Below are positions 10,252 to 18,391 of a stretch of 54,776 nt of DNA, one piece after another. The notes below the pieces were generated by a model, which was not told the origin of the DNA, searched no databases, and worked only from the letters and a program-made list of their open reading frames with translations. The first letter of the stretch is position 1. Each line of letters opens with the position of its first letter. A program made the translations under genes and the position numbers. The stretch is from the NCBI GenBank assembly GCA_038904395.1, contig JBCKKC010000004.1, positions 1-54,776 on the forward strand, written 5' to 3'. Source of the stretch: Acidimicrobiia bacterium. GTDB taxonomy: Bacteria; Actinomycetota; Acidimicrobiia; UBA2766.

Positions 10252-11345
10252 GCGATCCAAATGCCACGGCGGCAGCTTCTACGGCCAGTCCTGCCGACGT
10301 TGGACCCATTCTTCGAGTTGAAGACCTAAAGGTCAGCTTCAAATCAGAAGAGGGTGAAGTTAGAGCCGTTGATGGTGTCAGCTTCGAAATGTCCAAAGGT
10401 GAGACATTGGCAATCGTCGGAGAGTCAGGCTCCGGTAAGAGCGTGACTTCTCTGGCAGTGATGTCGCTGTTGCCGCTTAAGACCAAGATCACAGGTAAGG
10501 TGCTTTTTGAGGGTGTCGATTTGGTCGGTGCTGACGAGAAGACGCTCCAAAATCTGCGCGGTAATCGCATCTCGATGATTTTTCAGGATCCGCTCACAGC
10601 CCTCAATCCTGTCTTGACCATTGAACGCCAGATCAGCGAGACCTTGCTCAAGCACAAGATGGTGACCAAATCGAAGGCTCCTGAGCGTGTGGCTGAACTG
10701 CTCGATTTGGTCGGGATATCCGACGTGAAGCAGCGGATGAAACAGTATGCGCATGAGTTTTCTGGCGGAATGTGTCAGAGAGTAATGATCGCGATGGCGA
10801 TGGCGTGTGAACCCGACTTGTTGATCGCGGATGAGCCCACCACGGCACTTGACGTGACCGTACAGGCCCAGGTTTTGGACTTGCTTGATCACTTGCAAGA
10901 GCGTACCGGTATGGCTCTCTTATTGATTAGCCACGACCTTGGCGTAGTTGCCGGTCGGGCTGATCGGGTCAACGTGATGTATGCGGGCCGTGTGGTGGAA
11001 ACGGGCTCGATCGACACCGTGTTTGAAGCCCCTGCCATGCCATATTCGATTGGCCTGTTGGCATCAAACACGCGGCTTGATGCGCCTCTTGAGGAGCGGT
11101 TGGTGCCGATTCCAGGTTCTCCGCCTAGTCCGAGCGCCCGCCCATCGGGATGCGCATTTCATCCCCGCTGCACGTACGCCAAAGACCGTTGCAAAGTTGA
11201 CGATCCAGTCTTGCGCCCCGCCCCCCAGTCCGGTCAGGCAACTGACCCCGACGGCGGCCTGCTAGCACACTTGGGAGCGTGCCACTACATGGAAGAAGTC
11301 GCTAGTGGCTCTGTGGAGGGCCATGAACCTGAGGAGCAGGTGTGA
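10248..11345 (+). CDS. ABC transporter ATP-binding protein (DppD/OppD-like)
   Basis: Walker A GESGSGKS, signature FSGGMCQR, Walker B LLIADEPT and an oligopeptide-type C-terminal domain. Confidence 0.9.
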   Translation: MSDPNATAAASTASPADVGPILRVEDLKVSFKSEEGEVRAVDGVSFEMSKGETLAIVGESGSGKSVTSLAVMSLLPLKTKITGKVLFEGVDLVGADEKTLQNLRGNRISMIFQDPLTALNPVLTIERQISETLLKHKMVTKSKAPERVAELLDLVGISDVKQRMKQYAHEFSGGMCQRVMIAMAMACEPDLLIADEPTTALDVTVQAQVLDLLDHLQERTGMALLLISHDLGVVAGRADRVNVMYAGRVVETGSIDTVFEAPAMPYSIGLLASNTRLDAPLEERLVPIPGSPPSPSARPSGCAFHPRCTYAKDRCKVDDPVLRPAPQSGQATDPDGGLLAHLGACHYMEEVASGSVEGHEPEEQV

Positions 11346-12352
11346 CCGAACAAACTGCGCTCCTGCGCGTTGAAGATTTGAAAACTTGGTTCCCGATTCA
11401 CTCTGGCGTGTTCCGCCGCACGACCGGCCATGTGAAGGCCGTTGATGGTGTCAGCCTTCAAATCGGACCGGGCGAAACTCTGGGCGTTGTTGGTGAGTCA
11501 GGCTGTGGCAAGTCTACGCTGCTGCGTAGCGTCGCCCGCTTGATCAAGCCAACAGAGGGCCGAGTCGTGATGGACGGCCTCGACGTACTCAATCTGTCCA
11601 AGTCTGAATTGAACGATCTGCGCTGTGACATGCAAATTGTCTTTCAAGATCCCTACTCTTCGTTGGATCCTCGCATGTCGATCTCGTCCATCATTCAAGA
11701 GCCTCTTGTTATCCACAAGCGGGGCAGCAAAGAGGAACGCCTCGCCAGGGTTCGTCAGCTCCTCGACCTTGTTGGATTGCCTGCCACGGCGGTGAATCGC
11801 TACCCACACGAATTCTCCGGTGGCCAGCGCCAAAGAGTTGGTATTGCCAGGGCGCTTGCGTTGGAACCCAAACTTGTCTTGCTTGATGAACCTGTATCTG
11901 CTCTAGACGTATCGGTTCAGGCCCAGGTAGTGAACTTGTTGACCGACCTGCAAGATGAGATGGGCCTGTCGTACATGTTCATCGCCCACGACATTTCGGT
12001 CGTGCGTCAAGTATCTGACCGGATCATGGTCATGTACTTGGGCAAAGTCATGGAAGTGGGCGATGTCGCCACGATCACGACACGGCCCGAACACCCATAC
12101 ACACAAGCATTGTTGTCGGCCGTGCCGATCCCGGACCCCAAACGTGAGCGGCGCCGGCGCGAAACACGCACCATTCTCAGCGGCGACTTGCCCTCTCCGG
12201 CTAACCCACCCTCGGGATGCGTCTTTCGCACCCGTTGCCCCAAAGCACAAGACATTTGTGCCGAGGAAGTCCCCGAACTGAAAAACCGGGTCACCGATCA
12301 TCCCGTCGCGTGCCACTTCGCCGAACCAATGGCCACCGACATCTCGGCTTAG
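11342..12352 (+). CDS. ABC transporter ATP-binding protein (DppF/OppF-like)
   Basis: Walker A GESGCGKS, signature FSGGQRQR, Walker B LVLLDEP. Overlaps the previous gene by 4 nt. Confidence 0.9.
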   Translation: MTEQTALLRVEDLKTWFPIHSGVFRRTTGHVKAVDGVSLQIGPGETLGVVGESGCGKSTLLRSVARLIKPTEGRVVMDGLDVLNLSKSELNDLRCDMQIVFQDPYSSLDPRMSISSIIQEPLVIHKRGSKEERLARVRQLLDLVGLPATAVNRYPHEFSGGQRQRVGIARALALEPKLVLLDEPVSALDVSVQAQVVNLLTDLQDEMGLSYMFIAHDISVVRQVSDRIMVMYLGKVMEVGDVATITTRPEHPYTQALLSAVPIPDPKRERRRRETRTILSGDLPSPANPPSGCVFRTRCPKAQDICAEEVPELKNRVTDHPVACHFAEPMATDISA

Positions 12353-12459
12353 CTTTACGGTCGTCTTGATATACAAGACGGAAAAAGTGCCAGGCATGCT
12401 AACTAAACTGATTGAGCGGCACGAGCCAGTGCTGCAACGTTGAGAAATCAACAATCCTA

Positions 12460-12534
12460 GGTCCTGTAGAACAGTCTGGAGTGTTCGCCGCCCTGTCAAG
12501 GCGGAGGTCACGGGTTCAAGTCCCGTCAGGACCG
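12460..12534 (+). tRNA. tRNA-Asp (GTC)
   Basis: A manual cloverleaf fits: acceptor GGTCCTG/CAGGACC, anticodon arm CCGCC-CTGTCAA-GGCGG, T arm ACGGG-TTCAAGT-CCCGT. CCA is not encoded. Confidence 0.9.
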
Positions 12535-12584
12535 CTCACTCAAGTTGCCCCTCTGGGCGTTTGTTTCGTCTGGTTTTGGGTTAG

Positions 12585-12787
12585 GTGCTGGGGATGTGGG
12601 TATATCTTTGTCCGCTTCTTTGGCCTTGCGGGCGGCGGGCAGCTTCCATTCGCTCGCAAGCTCGCTCAGGAACCTCCCGCCACCCTTCGTAACAAGCTAG
12701 ATCCCCAGCCCCCAAACCCGCCAAAGCGGTCGGGGCAAACTTGAGCTCGCGCGAAGGTTCAATATTGAAGGGCCGCAAAAGCGGCCC
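12585..12787 (+). repeat. Family B structured repeat, copy 1
   Basis: Shares the ~62-nt core TTTGGCCTTGCGGGCGGCGGGCAGCTTCCATTCGCTCGCAAGCTCGCTCAGGAACCTCCCGCC. Ends in the hairpin GGGCCGCAAAAGCGGCCC. Confidence 0.8.
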
Positions 12788-13025
12788 TGACAGTGAAGTG
12801 GGGTGCTGCCGCCGGGTTGGGTGGTGCGACATGCCAACGTGCCGTGGGTCAAAGTGGATCCCGAGTCCACATTCCTTGACCAGCCCGGCTTCGACCGGGT
12901 CATAGCTGAGTTGTCAGGGCTGCCTTGGGGTTCCCGGTCAGTGACTCGGCGAAGTTAACAGCGCAATTGCTCATCCAGGACCTAGTCCCGCCCCACCTCG
13001 AGAGTCTGCGCAGTTGCTGACCACC

Positions 13026-14322
13026 TCAGCCAGTCTTAATTAGGGGGGCAATCTGTTGGAGGAGAGTCGTGACACGTTTGCCGATGACTGACTCGTCGGT
13101 TTGAGTCGATTCGCGGTTGAAGGTACCTGCGATTGCTACTGTCTTGCCGTTGACGGTTGTGTAGTAGGCGAACGTATCACCGTGGCCGGTGTGGCCGATG
13201 AATTCTCGATCGCCAACTTTGAGGTGCATGAATCCGAGACCGTAGGCTTCGGTAGCTTTGGGATCCCCGAAGCCGTCGGTGAAGGCTTGGCGAGTCTCGG
13301 GCTTGAGGAACCTATCTGCGGTCATCGCTTGCAGGAACGTGTTCATGTCAGACGAAGTTGTGAGTAAGCCGCCGTTAGCCCATTCTGCAGTTTGTCGTTG
13401 TTGAACTGTGACATCCTGCAGTTCGTCGGGGCATTGGTTCGCATAGCGATGCGACAGAGTGGGAATGTCGGGATTTGGCGGGGGGCTGCCGCCAGGCCAA
13501 AGATGTTTGACCCATCGGTGGCTGCGTACGATCGTAAATGAGATCCTTGTAGGCATCTTGAAGCGACTTGCCAGATACAGTCTCGATCACGTATCCCAGT
13601 AGGACGTAGGCAGTGTCTGTGTAGTTAAAATCGCTGTCTTCCTCGGTTACGAAATCGCCCCCTCGGGCAAATTTAAGCACCTCGTCGGGTTTCCAGATCC
13701 GGGACGGATCGCTGCAGAACTGCTCATTGAATTTGTCATTGTCCCAGTAGTCCTTGAGGCCATTCTGGTGGTTGAGTAGTTGATGGATCGTAAGGTCGCC
13801 GCTGCGATCCCCATCCTTATCAGTAGCGAGTCCCGCATACAGGCTCGGATCAAGCTTTGCGCCCGCTGGACTTTGAACGTCTTTGAGTTTGACATTGAGA
13901 GAGGGGATCAGCCCTTTGTCCAACAACTGTAAAATTGCTGCCGCTGTCACCGACTTGGCCACACTTGCTGTTTCCCATTGATCAGTTGCTGCGATTGGGG
14001 TCGGGCTACCGTCGACCCTGACACCATCGGTGCAGCTAGCCAGATTTGTGGTCCCGTCATTGACTGCGAGGATTCCTCCGCCGTGATCTTCATTTTCGGC
14101 ATGGAGGTGGCGGAAGGTTTGGCAGATCTTCTCAGCGTTGGGCGAGACATTTACACTCCCTTTCGTATCGGCCGGTGCTGGTTTCGTGGTCTTCGGAGGC
14201 TGGTGTTCTGCCTTTTGACTGGTGCAGCCAAACAAGGTGAGTGCAATTACGAGTATGCCAAGCTTGAAGGCAACTGCGCGGAGGTTCCCTGTCCTTGATC
14301 GATTGTTGGCTTGACATTTCAT
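13026..14322 (-). pseudogene. Beta-lactamase-family serine hydrolase (lipoprotein), reading frame broken by a frameshift
   Basis: The N-terminal ORF 13375-14322 carries SxxK (ASVAKS). The C-terminal ORF 13026-13556 carries the HTG motif (GHTGHG). The two overlap in different frames around a G6 run at 13490-13495. Confidence 0.7.
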
Positions 14323-14461
14323 ATCTTGTAGATCATCCGTTGAGGGTTTTGCTTATTCCAAGCTACGCGACTCTGCACGGATGGAAGAATGTAGCCGGGT
14401 TGGCGTGGAAGCGTTGATGCCGGTTAGGCTTCCCGAACATCAACATGAAGGAGTATTTCCC

Positions 14462-14836
14462 ATGGGAAAAACGTCAAAGAATGCGGCATCTCGAGTCGAG
14501 TCCATGCCAGGATTTGAAGGCCGATACGAAGAGGTCGACGGCTACACCATCGGATATGAGGCCTACAGCATGGATGCCGACCTGGCACCTTTCTTTAAAG
14601 GCCTGCCAGACGACCGCTGCCAATGCCCGCACTGGGGAACAGTAACCAAAGGCAAGCTTGTATATACCTATGACGATGGCAGCAAAGACGTAATTGCTAG
14701 TGGCGAGGCATACTATGCCCGTCCAGGCCACACGCCCGAAATCTTTGCAGGCACCGAAGTCGTCGAATTCAGCCCGTCAGTGCAACTTGGCCAAACCATG
14801 GAAGTTGTTCTCAAGAACGTCGAAATGATGGGCTAA
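14462..14836 (+). CDS. Small cupin-like protein (hypothetical)
   Basis: AAGGAG lies 8 nt upstream of ATG 14462. About 125 aa with a pattern resembling a small cupin barrel (CPHWG...GEAYYARPGH). Confidence 0.55.
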   Translation: MGKTSKNAASRVESMPGFEGRYEEVDGYTIGYEAYSMDADLAPFFKGLPDDRCQCPHWGTVTKGKLVYTYDDGSKDVIASGEAYYARPGHTPEIFAGTEVVEFSPSVQLGQTMEVVLKNVEMMG

Positions 14837-14865
14837 CGCTGCAAGCTGATCCTCCTTTGCATCGC

Positions 14866-15053
14866 TGGTGGGTGGGGGGAGTCTTTCTTTGTCCGCCGCT
14901 TTGGCCTTGCGGGCGGCGGACAGCTTCCATTCGCTCGCAAGCTCGCTCAGGAACCTCCCGCCCCCCTTCGTAACTAGTTCCCTCACCCACCAAGGAGCCC
15001 GGGTCAGACTTGTGGCTCCCGAGAGTGGGGATATCGAAGGCGGCTTGCGCCGC
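14866..15053 (+). repeat. Family B structured repeat, copy 2
   Basis: Same core as copy 1. The 5' TGGTGGGTGGGGGGA is complementary to the downstream TCCCTCACCCACCA. Terminal hairpin GGCGGCTTGCGCCGC. Confidence 0.8.
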
Positions 15054-15196
15054 AACAATGAAGTTTGGCAAATCGTCCGGATTTGCCACGTGAATAGGCC
15101 GATCGACTATGGCCCGCTCTGGGGCCCAGGAGAGAGGTCTACCACCCAACCCCTGCCGAAAGACCAAGCGACCTTCGTCGCGGGTGAGAAAGAGAG

Positions 15197-15269
15197 CGCC
15201 CCCAGGGGAATTCGAATCCCCGCTACCGCCTTGAAAGGGCGGCGTCCTAGGCCGCTAGACGATGGGGGC
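15197..15269 (-). tRNA. tRNA-Glu (TTC)
   Basis: Cloverleaf: acceptor GCCCCCA/TGGGGGC, anticodon arm CCGCC-CTTTCAA-GGCGG, T arm GGGGA-TTCGAAT-TCCCC. Confidence 0.9.
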
Positions 15270-15306
15270 TAGCGCACCGAAAACGATTGTAATCGCATTT
15301 TCGGAG

Positions 15307-15379
15307 TGGGCCGGGAAGGAATTGAACCTTCAACCTTCGGATTAAAAGTCCGCTGCTCTGCCAATTGAGCTACCGGCCC
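15307..15379 (-). tRNA. tRNA-Lys (TTT)
   Basis: Cloverleaf: acceptor GGGCCGG/CCGGCCC, anticodon loop CTTTTAA, T arm GAAGG-TTCAATT-CCTTC. Confidence 0.9.
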
Positions 15380-15395
15380 CAGTTTTCGTTGTTAT

Positions 15396-15452
15396 GAACC
15401 TTCAACCTTCGCAATCAACAGTCTTCTGCTCTGCCAATTGAGCTACCGGCCC
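15396..15452 (-). pseudogene. Truncated tRNA-Lys-like remnant immediately upstream of the intact tRNA-Lys
   Basis: The first 27 nt and the GAAGGTTGAAGGTTCA segment are identical to tRNA-Lys. The anticodon arm is diverged and unpaired, and the 3' T-stem and acceptor are missing. Confidence 0.7.
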
Positions 15453-15687
15453 ACAAGATAATCATGGTATGCGCGTTCTCGGAAGTTGGAACGAAGTTGT
15501 TGCGAGGTCCGAAGGGATCGCAGGCAGCGCTTCGAGGATGCTAGGCGCGGCAAGAATGTCGGTTTGTTGATCCGGCGGATGCGGGGACAAGTTGCTAGCA
15601 TAGGCGAAAGAGGTACCGGGCGGCGGAGACGCCAGGCTTGGGGTGCCCTCCGTTAACAAAATATTCCATGAGAGATTGAGGAGACAA

Positions 15688-16020
15688 ATGGCCCGCCTTC
15701 GGCTTATTGCCGGCATTAAGGAGGTCGCTGGTATCGACACGATCGAAGTCGATGTTTCGACAGTCGGGGGCCTTGTTGCTGAGGCTGACGGTCGTTTTGG
15801 CTCCGATTTCGTGCGAGCCCGCTCCGGTGCCAAACTTTGGCTCAACGATGCCAGCGAGATTGACGACCTTGCCACTCCTATCAGCAGGACTGACGAGGTT
15901 TCGATAGTCCCCACCTCCAGCACGCCTACGTCGAAAGTAGTCGAACCAGAGGCCCTCTCCAGTGCGAGTAAGAAGCGGTCTTCCAGTTCGAGCGTGAGTC
16001 GACGAGCTGCGAAACGATAG
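15688..16020 (+). CDS. Possible MoaD/ThiS-like small protein (tentative)
   Basis: GAGGAG lies about 5 nt upstream of the ATG. MARLRLIAGIKEVAG...DEVSIVP resembles the MoaD pattern, but no C-terminal GG is present and the ORF runs on into low-complexity sequence. Confidence 0.3.
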   Translation: MARLRLIAGIKEVAGIDTIEVDVSTVGGLVAEADGRFGSDFVRARSGAKLWLNDASEIDDLATPISRTDEVSIVPTSSTPTSKVVEPEALSSASKKRSSSSSVSRRAAKR

Positions 16021-16029
16021 TGGTTTAGT

Positions 16030-16980
16030 GTGACTGGCCGCGGTCCTGAAGCGCAAGTGAAACCTAGAACACCCAAACCGAGGTCGGTACGGCGGATGAA
16101 CGGTAACACCTCAGAGTCGATGTCTAGGACCACGAAGCATGTGAGGCACAAGCGAACGAGAACGCCAGGCCGGCGACGGGCTGCCTTCGATGCGTTCGTC
16201 TTGATCGCTTCGCTGGCTGTTGCTGGGCTTATGGCTGTTGCTGCTTTGCCAATGTTTGCTCTGAAGCACAATGGTATGAGCGTTGGTCTTACGGTTGTAT
16301 TTGCTGTCACTGGGGCTTTGGCGTCTGTCCAGTGGATGGCTTTGGTCCGAAAGTACGGTTTCACACCGCCAATTTTTGCTGTGGTGGCCTGCGTTGTGGG
16401 CACAATTGTCGCCGCCGGAGTTTTTGGCGAGTTAGGTGCGGTCGTTGCTCTGGCAGTTAGCGTGATCGTCGTGTATCTGGCTCGGATGGTGCGAGGAAGC
16501 TCTACTCGTTTTTCTGATGTTGCCTATGGTGCTGCTGCCGTCGCTCTTGTGGGTTACTTGCCCGCTCAAGCAGTGATCATGCGCAGTCTCGTTGCGGGCG
16601 CCATAGCGTTCAATATTTTCATTCTGAGCTTTGTTGTGTTTTCGGTTGTGCATGGCTTGCTTTCGAGTCCGGGCGCCCACGGCACTCGTAGCTTCGATGC
16701 CGTCACGGTCGCGGCAGCGATACTGTCTTTCATCGTTGCCACAATTGCCTGTGGGATTATTGGTAAGCCATTGGGCTGGGTCGAAGGAATAGCGTTGGGT
16801 GCGGCGATATCGGTTGCTTTTTGTGTGGGTCAGGCGATTCTCGGGGTGTTGACTCCGGCCCCTACAGTCGATGGTAGCGCCACCTACCGGCGGCCCCTCT
16901 TGCTCGATGCCCTGTGTCCGCTCTACATTGCCGCCCCCACAATGTTCTTTGCCGTCAAGATGCTCGCCGGTAACAGCTAG
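16030..16980 (+). CDS. Polytopic integral membrane protein (hypothetical)
   Basis: Basic N-terminus followed by about 8 hydrophobic segments. The long antisense ORF 15462-16403 has junk-like composition. Confidence 0.5.
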   Translation: MTGRGPEAQVKPRTPKPRSVRRMNGNTSESMSRTTKHVRHKRTRTPGRRRAAFDAFVLIASLAVAGLMAVAALPMFALKHNGMSVGLTVVFAVTGALASVQWMALVRKYGFTPPIFAVVACVVGTIVAAGVFGELGAVVALAVSVIVVYLARMVRGSSTRFSDVAYGAAAVALVGYLPAQAVIMRSLVAGAIAFNIFILSFVVFSVVHGLLSSPGAHGTRSFDAVTVAAAILSFIVATIACGIIGKPLGWVEGIALGAAISVAFCVGQAILGVLTPAPTVDGSATYRRPLLLDALCPLYIAAPTMFFAVKMLAGNS

Positions 16981-17111
16981 AGACCCTGAGGGGTCCGGGG
17001 CCCAGAATGTGCGTGGATTGGGCATAACTAACCAGGCTCAAGAACAACAAACGCCGGTAAGCTCCAGTGCGCCTAAATGGTTGAATCAACAACCTCTGAG
17101 AAGGAGTTAAC

Positions 17112-17714
17112 TTGAGCGTGTACACACTTCCGGATTTGCCCTATGACTATGGGCAGCTTGAGCCCCACTACAGCGGCAAGATTCTTGAGCTTCACCACGA
17201 TAAGCATCACGCCGCTTACGTGAAGGGCGCTAACGAGACTGTTGAGCGGTTGGAAGAGTCCCGGTCGAAAGAGGATTTCACCACGCTAAATGGACTCGAG
17301 AAGAACTTAGCCTTCAACGTTGCGGGCCATGCTCTCCACTCGATCTTCTGGCAAAACATGAGCCCCGATGGTGGTGGCGAGCCCGAGGGCGCACTGGCCA
17401 ACCAAATCAACGCCGACTTTGGCAGTTATGCGGCCATGAAGAAGCAGCTTTCTAGCGCGACCACCTTGGTGCAAGGTTCTGGTTGGGGTGCGATGGCGTG
17501 GGAGCCCTGGGCAAAGCGTCTTGTTATTACCCAGATTTATGACCACCAGTCGAACGTTCCCACGTCCTCTCAACCACTTCTAGTGATCGATTGCTGGGAG
17601 CACGCCTACTACTTGCAGTACCTCAACGTAAGGCCTGACTGGGTCAACGCGTTCTGGAACATTGTCAACTGGCAAGACGTGAGTGCACGTTTCGCCAAGG
17701 CCCAAGCCGCCTAA
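17112..17714 (+). CDS. sodA: Fe/Mn superoxide dismutase
   Basis: LPDLPYDYGQLEPH...LHHDKHHAAYV and the C-terminal DCWEHAYYLQY motif. GAAGGAG lies upstream of the TTG start. Confidence 0.92.
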   Translation: MSVYTLPDLPYDYGQLEPHYSGKILELHHDKHHAAYVKGANETVERLEESRSKEDFTTLNGLEKNLAFNVAGHALHSIFWQNMSPDGGGEPEGALANQINADFGSYAAMKKQLSSATTLVQGSGWGAMAWEPWAKRLVITQIYDHQSNVPTSSQPLLVIDCWEHAYYLQYLNVRPDWVNAFWNIVNWQDVSARFAKAQAA

Positions 17715-17747
17715 CAGCGTTCGAGTCTCGAAGACAATAGAACCCTA

Positions 17748-17789
17748 GTGAAGCTCGTCGCTGCCTGCCTAGGCATCGACGAGCTTCAC
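17748..17789 (+). terminator. Hairpin terminator after sodA
   Basis: 13-bp perfect stem GTGAAGCTCGTCG/CGACGAGCTTCAC with an inner TGCC/GGCA extension. The T tract is weak. Confidence 0.6.
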
Positions 17790-17905
17790 CGCGTTTAGCG
17801 ATAGATATCGACGGGAGTTCGGGGCACTCTCAGGGACTTCTTAGGTTGGTGCGCTTGTATTGAGAGGTGATTCCATCCGCCGAGTTTCCAAGGACCTCAT
17901 TTCCG

Positions 17906-18358
17906 ATGAAGTTTGCAATCAAGTCAGTCGCAATTTTTCTGTTGTCGTGCTTAGTTGTGAGCACGTTGGCGACTGCCTCTAGCGCTGCACCCAAGCGCTC
18001 TCACCCCCTCTTTGAAACCGAAGATTCCGATGGTGCCCTATTACCTGTCGGTTCGGTGCGTGAGTTGTCGACGCCCGATGCTTTCCAGTCACCTCTCATC
18101 AGGGGATCAGCTGAGGATTTTGCTTTTGGTCCCGATGGCCAGCTGATTTGGATTGTTAGGCAGGGCGATGATACTTCCGCCCTGGCATGGTTAGCGCCCA
18201 GTGGCGATTGGAGGCTGTGCCCGTCCACTGGCCTCCAGCTTAAAAAGCTGGCTTCCGACTTCAAGAACAGAAAATTGTGGGCGACTTTTGATGGCTCGCG
18301 GAGTCCTGGCAAGGAGCACACATGCCTGGTTTGTTGGGAGTTTGCACAGTTGTTTTGA
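17906..18358 (+). CDS. Secreted protein fragment (signal peptide plus first propeller-like repeat); ends at a TGA that is in frame with the next ORF
   Basis: Signal peptide MKFAIKSVAIFLLSCLVVSTLATASSA. FGPDGQLIWIV resembles the repeats in the downstream ORF. Same reading frame as 18392-19990. Confidence 0.5.
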   Translation: MKFAIKSVAIFLLSCLVVSTLATASSAAPKRSHPLFETEDSDGALLPVGSVRELSTPDAFQSPLIRGSAEDFAFGPDGQLIWIVRQGDDTSALAWLAPSGDWRLCPSTGLQLKKLASDFKNRKLWATFDGSRSPGKEHTCLVCWEFAQLF

Positions 18359-18391
18359 GCGGATAATCAGGGAGCACAGAGGACCCTGACG

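Noticed and set aside
12581-12744. ORFs translating family B repeats (FGLAGGGQLPFARKLAQEPP...), including 53430-53804, 14868-15272 and 27816-28007
   Set aside because: The four DNA copies differ by indels that break any common frame, and the peptides continue into unrelated sequence. The conservation is at the nucleotide and structure level.
15462-16403. 313-aa ORF on the minus strand that overlaps the MoaD-like and membrane-protein ORFs
   Set aside because: The composition is dominated by A/S/T/P/R with no recognisable motif. It runs antisense to ORFs that have RBS-preceded starts and clear TM structure, which is typical of a shadow ORF in GC-rich DNA.
18356-18358. Selenocysteine recoding of the in-frame TGA
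   Set aside because: There is no convincing stem-loop immediately downstream that would serve as a bacterial SECIS element. There is also no redox-motif context (no Cys/Sec-type active site) around the codon.
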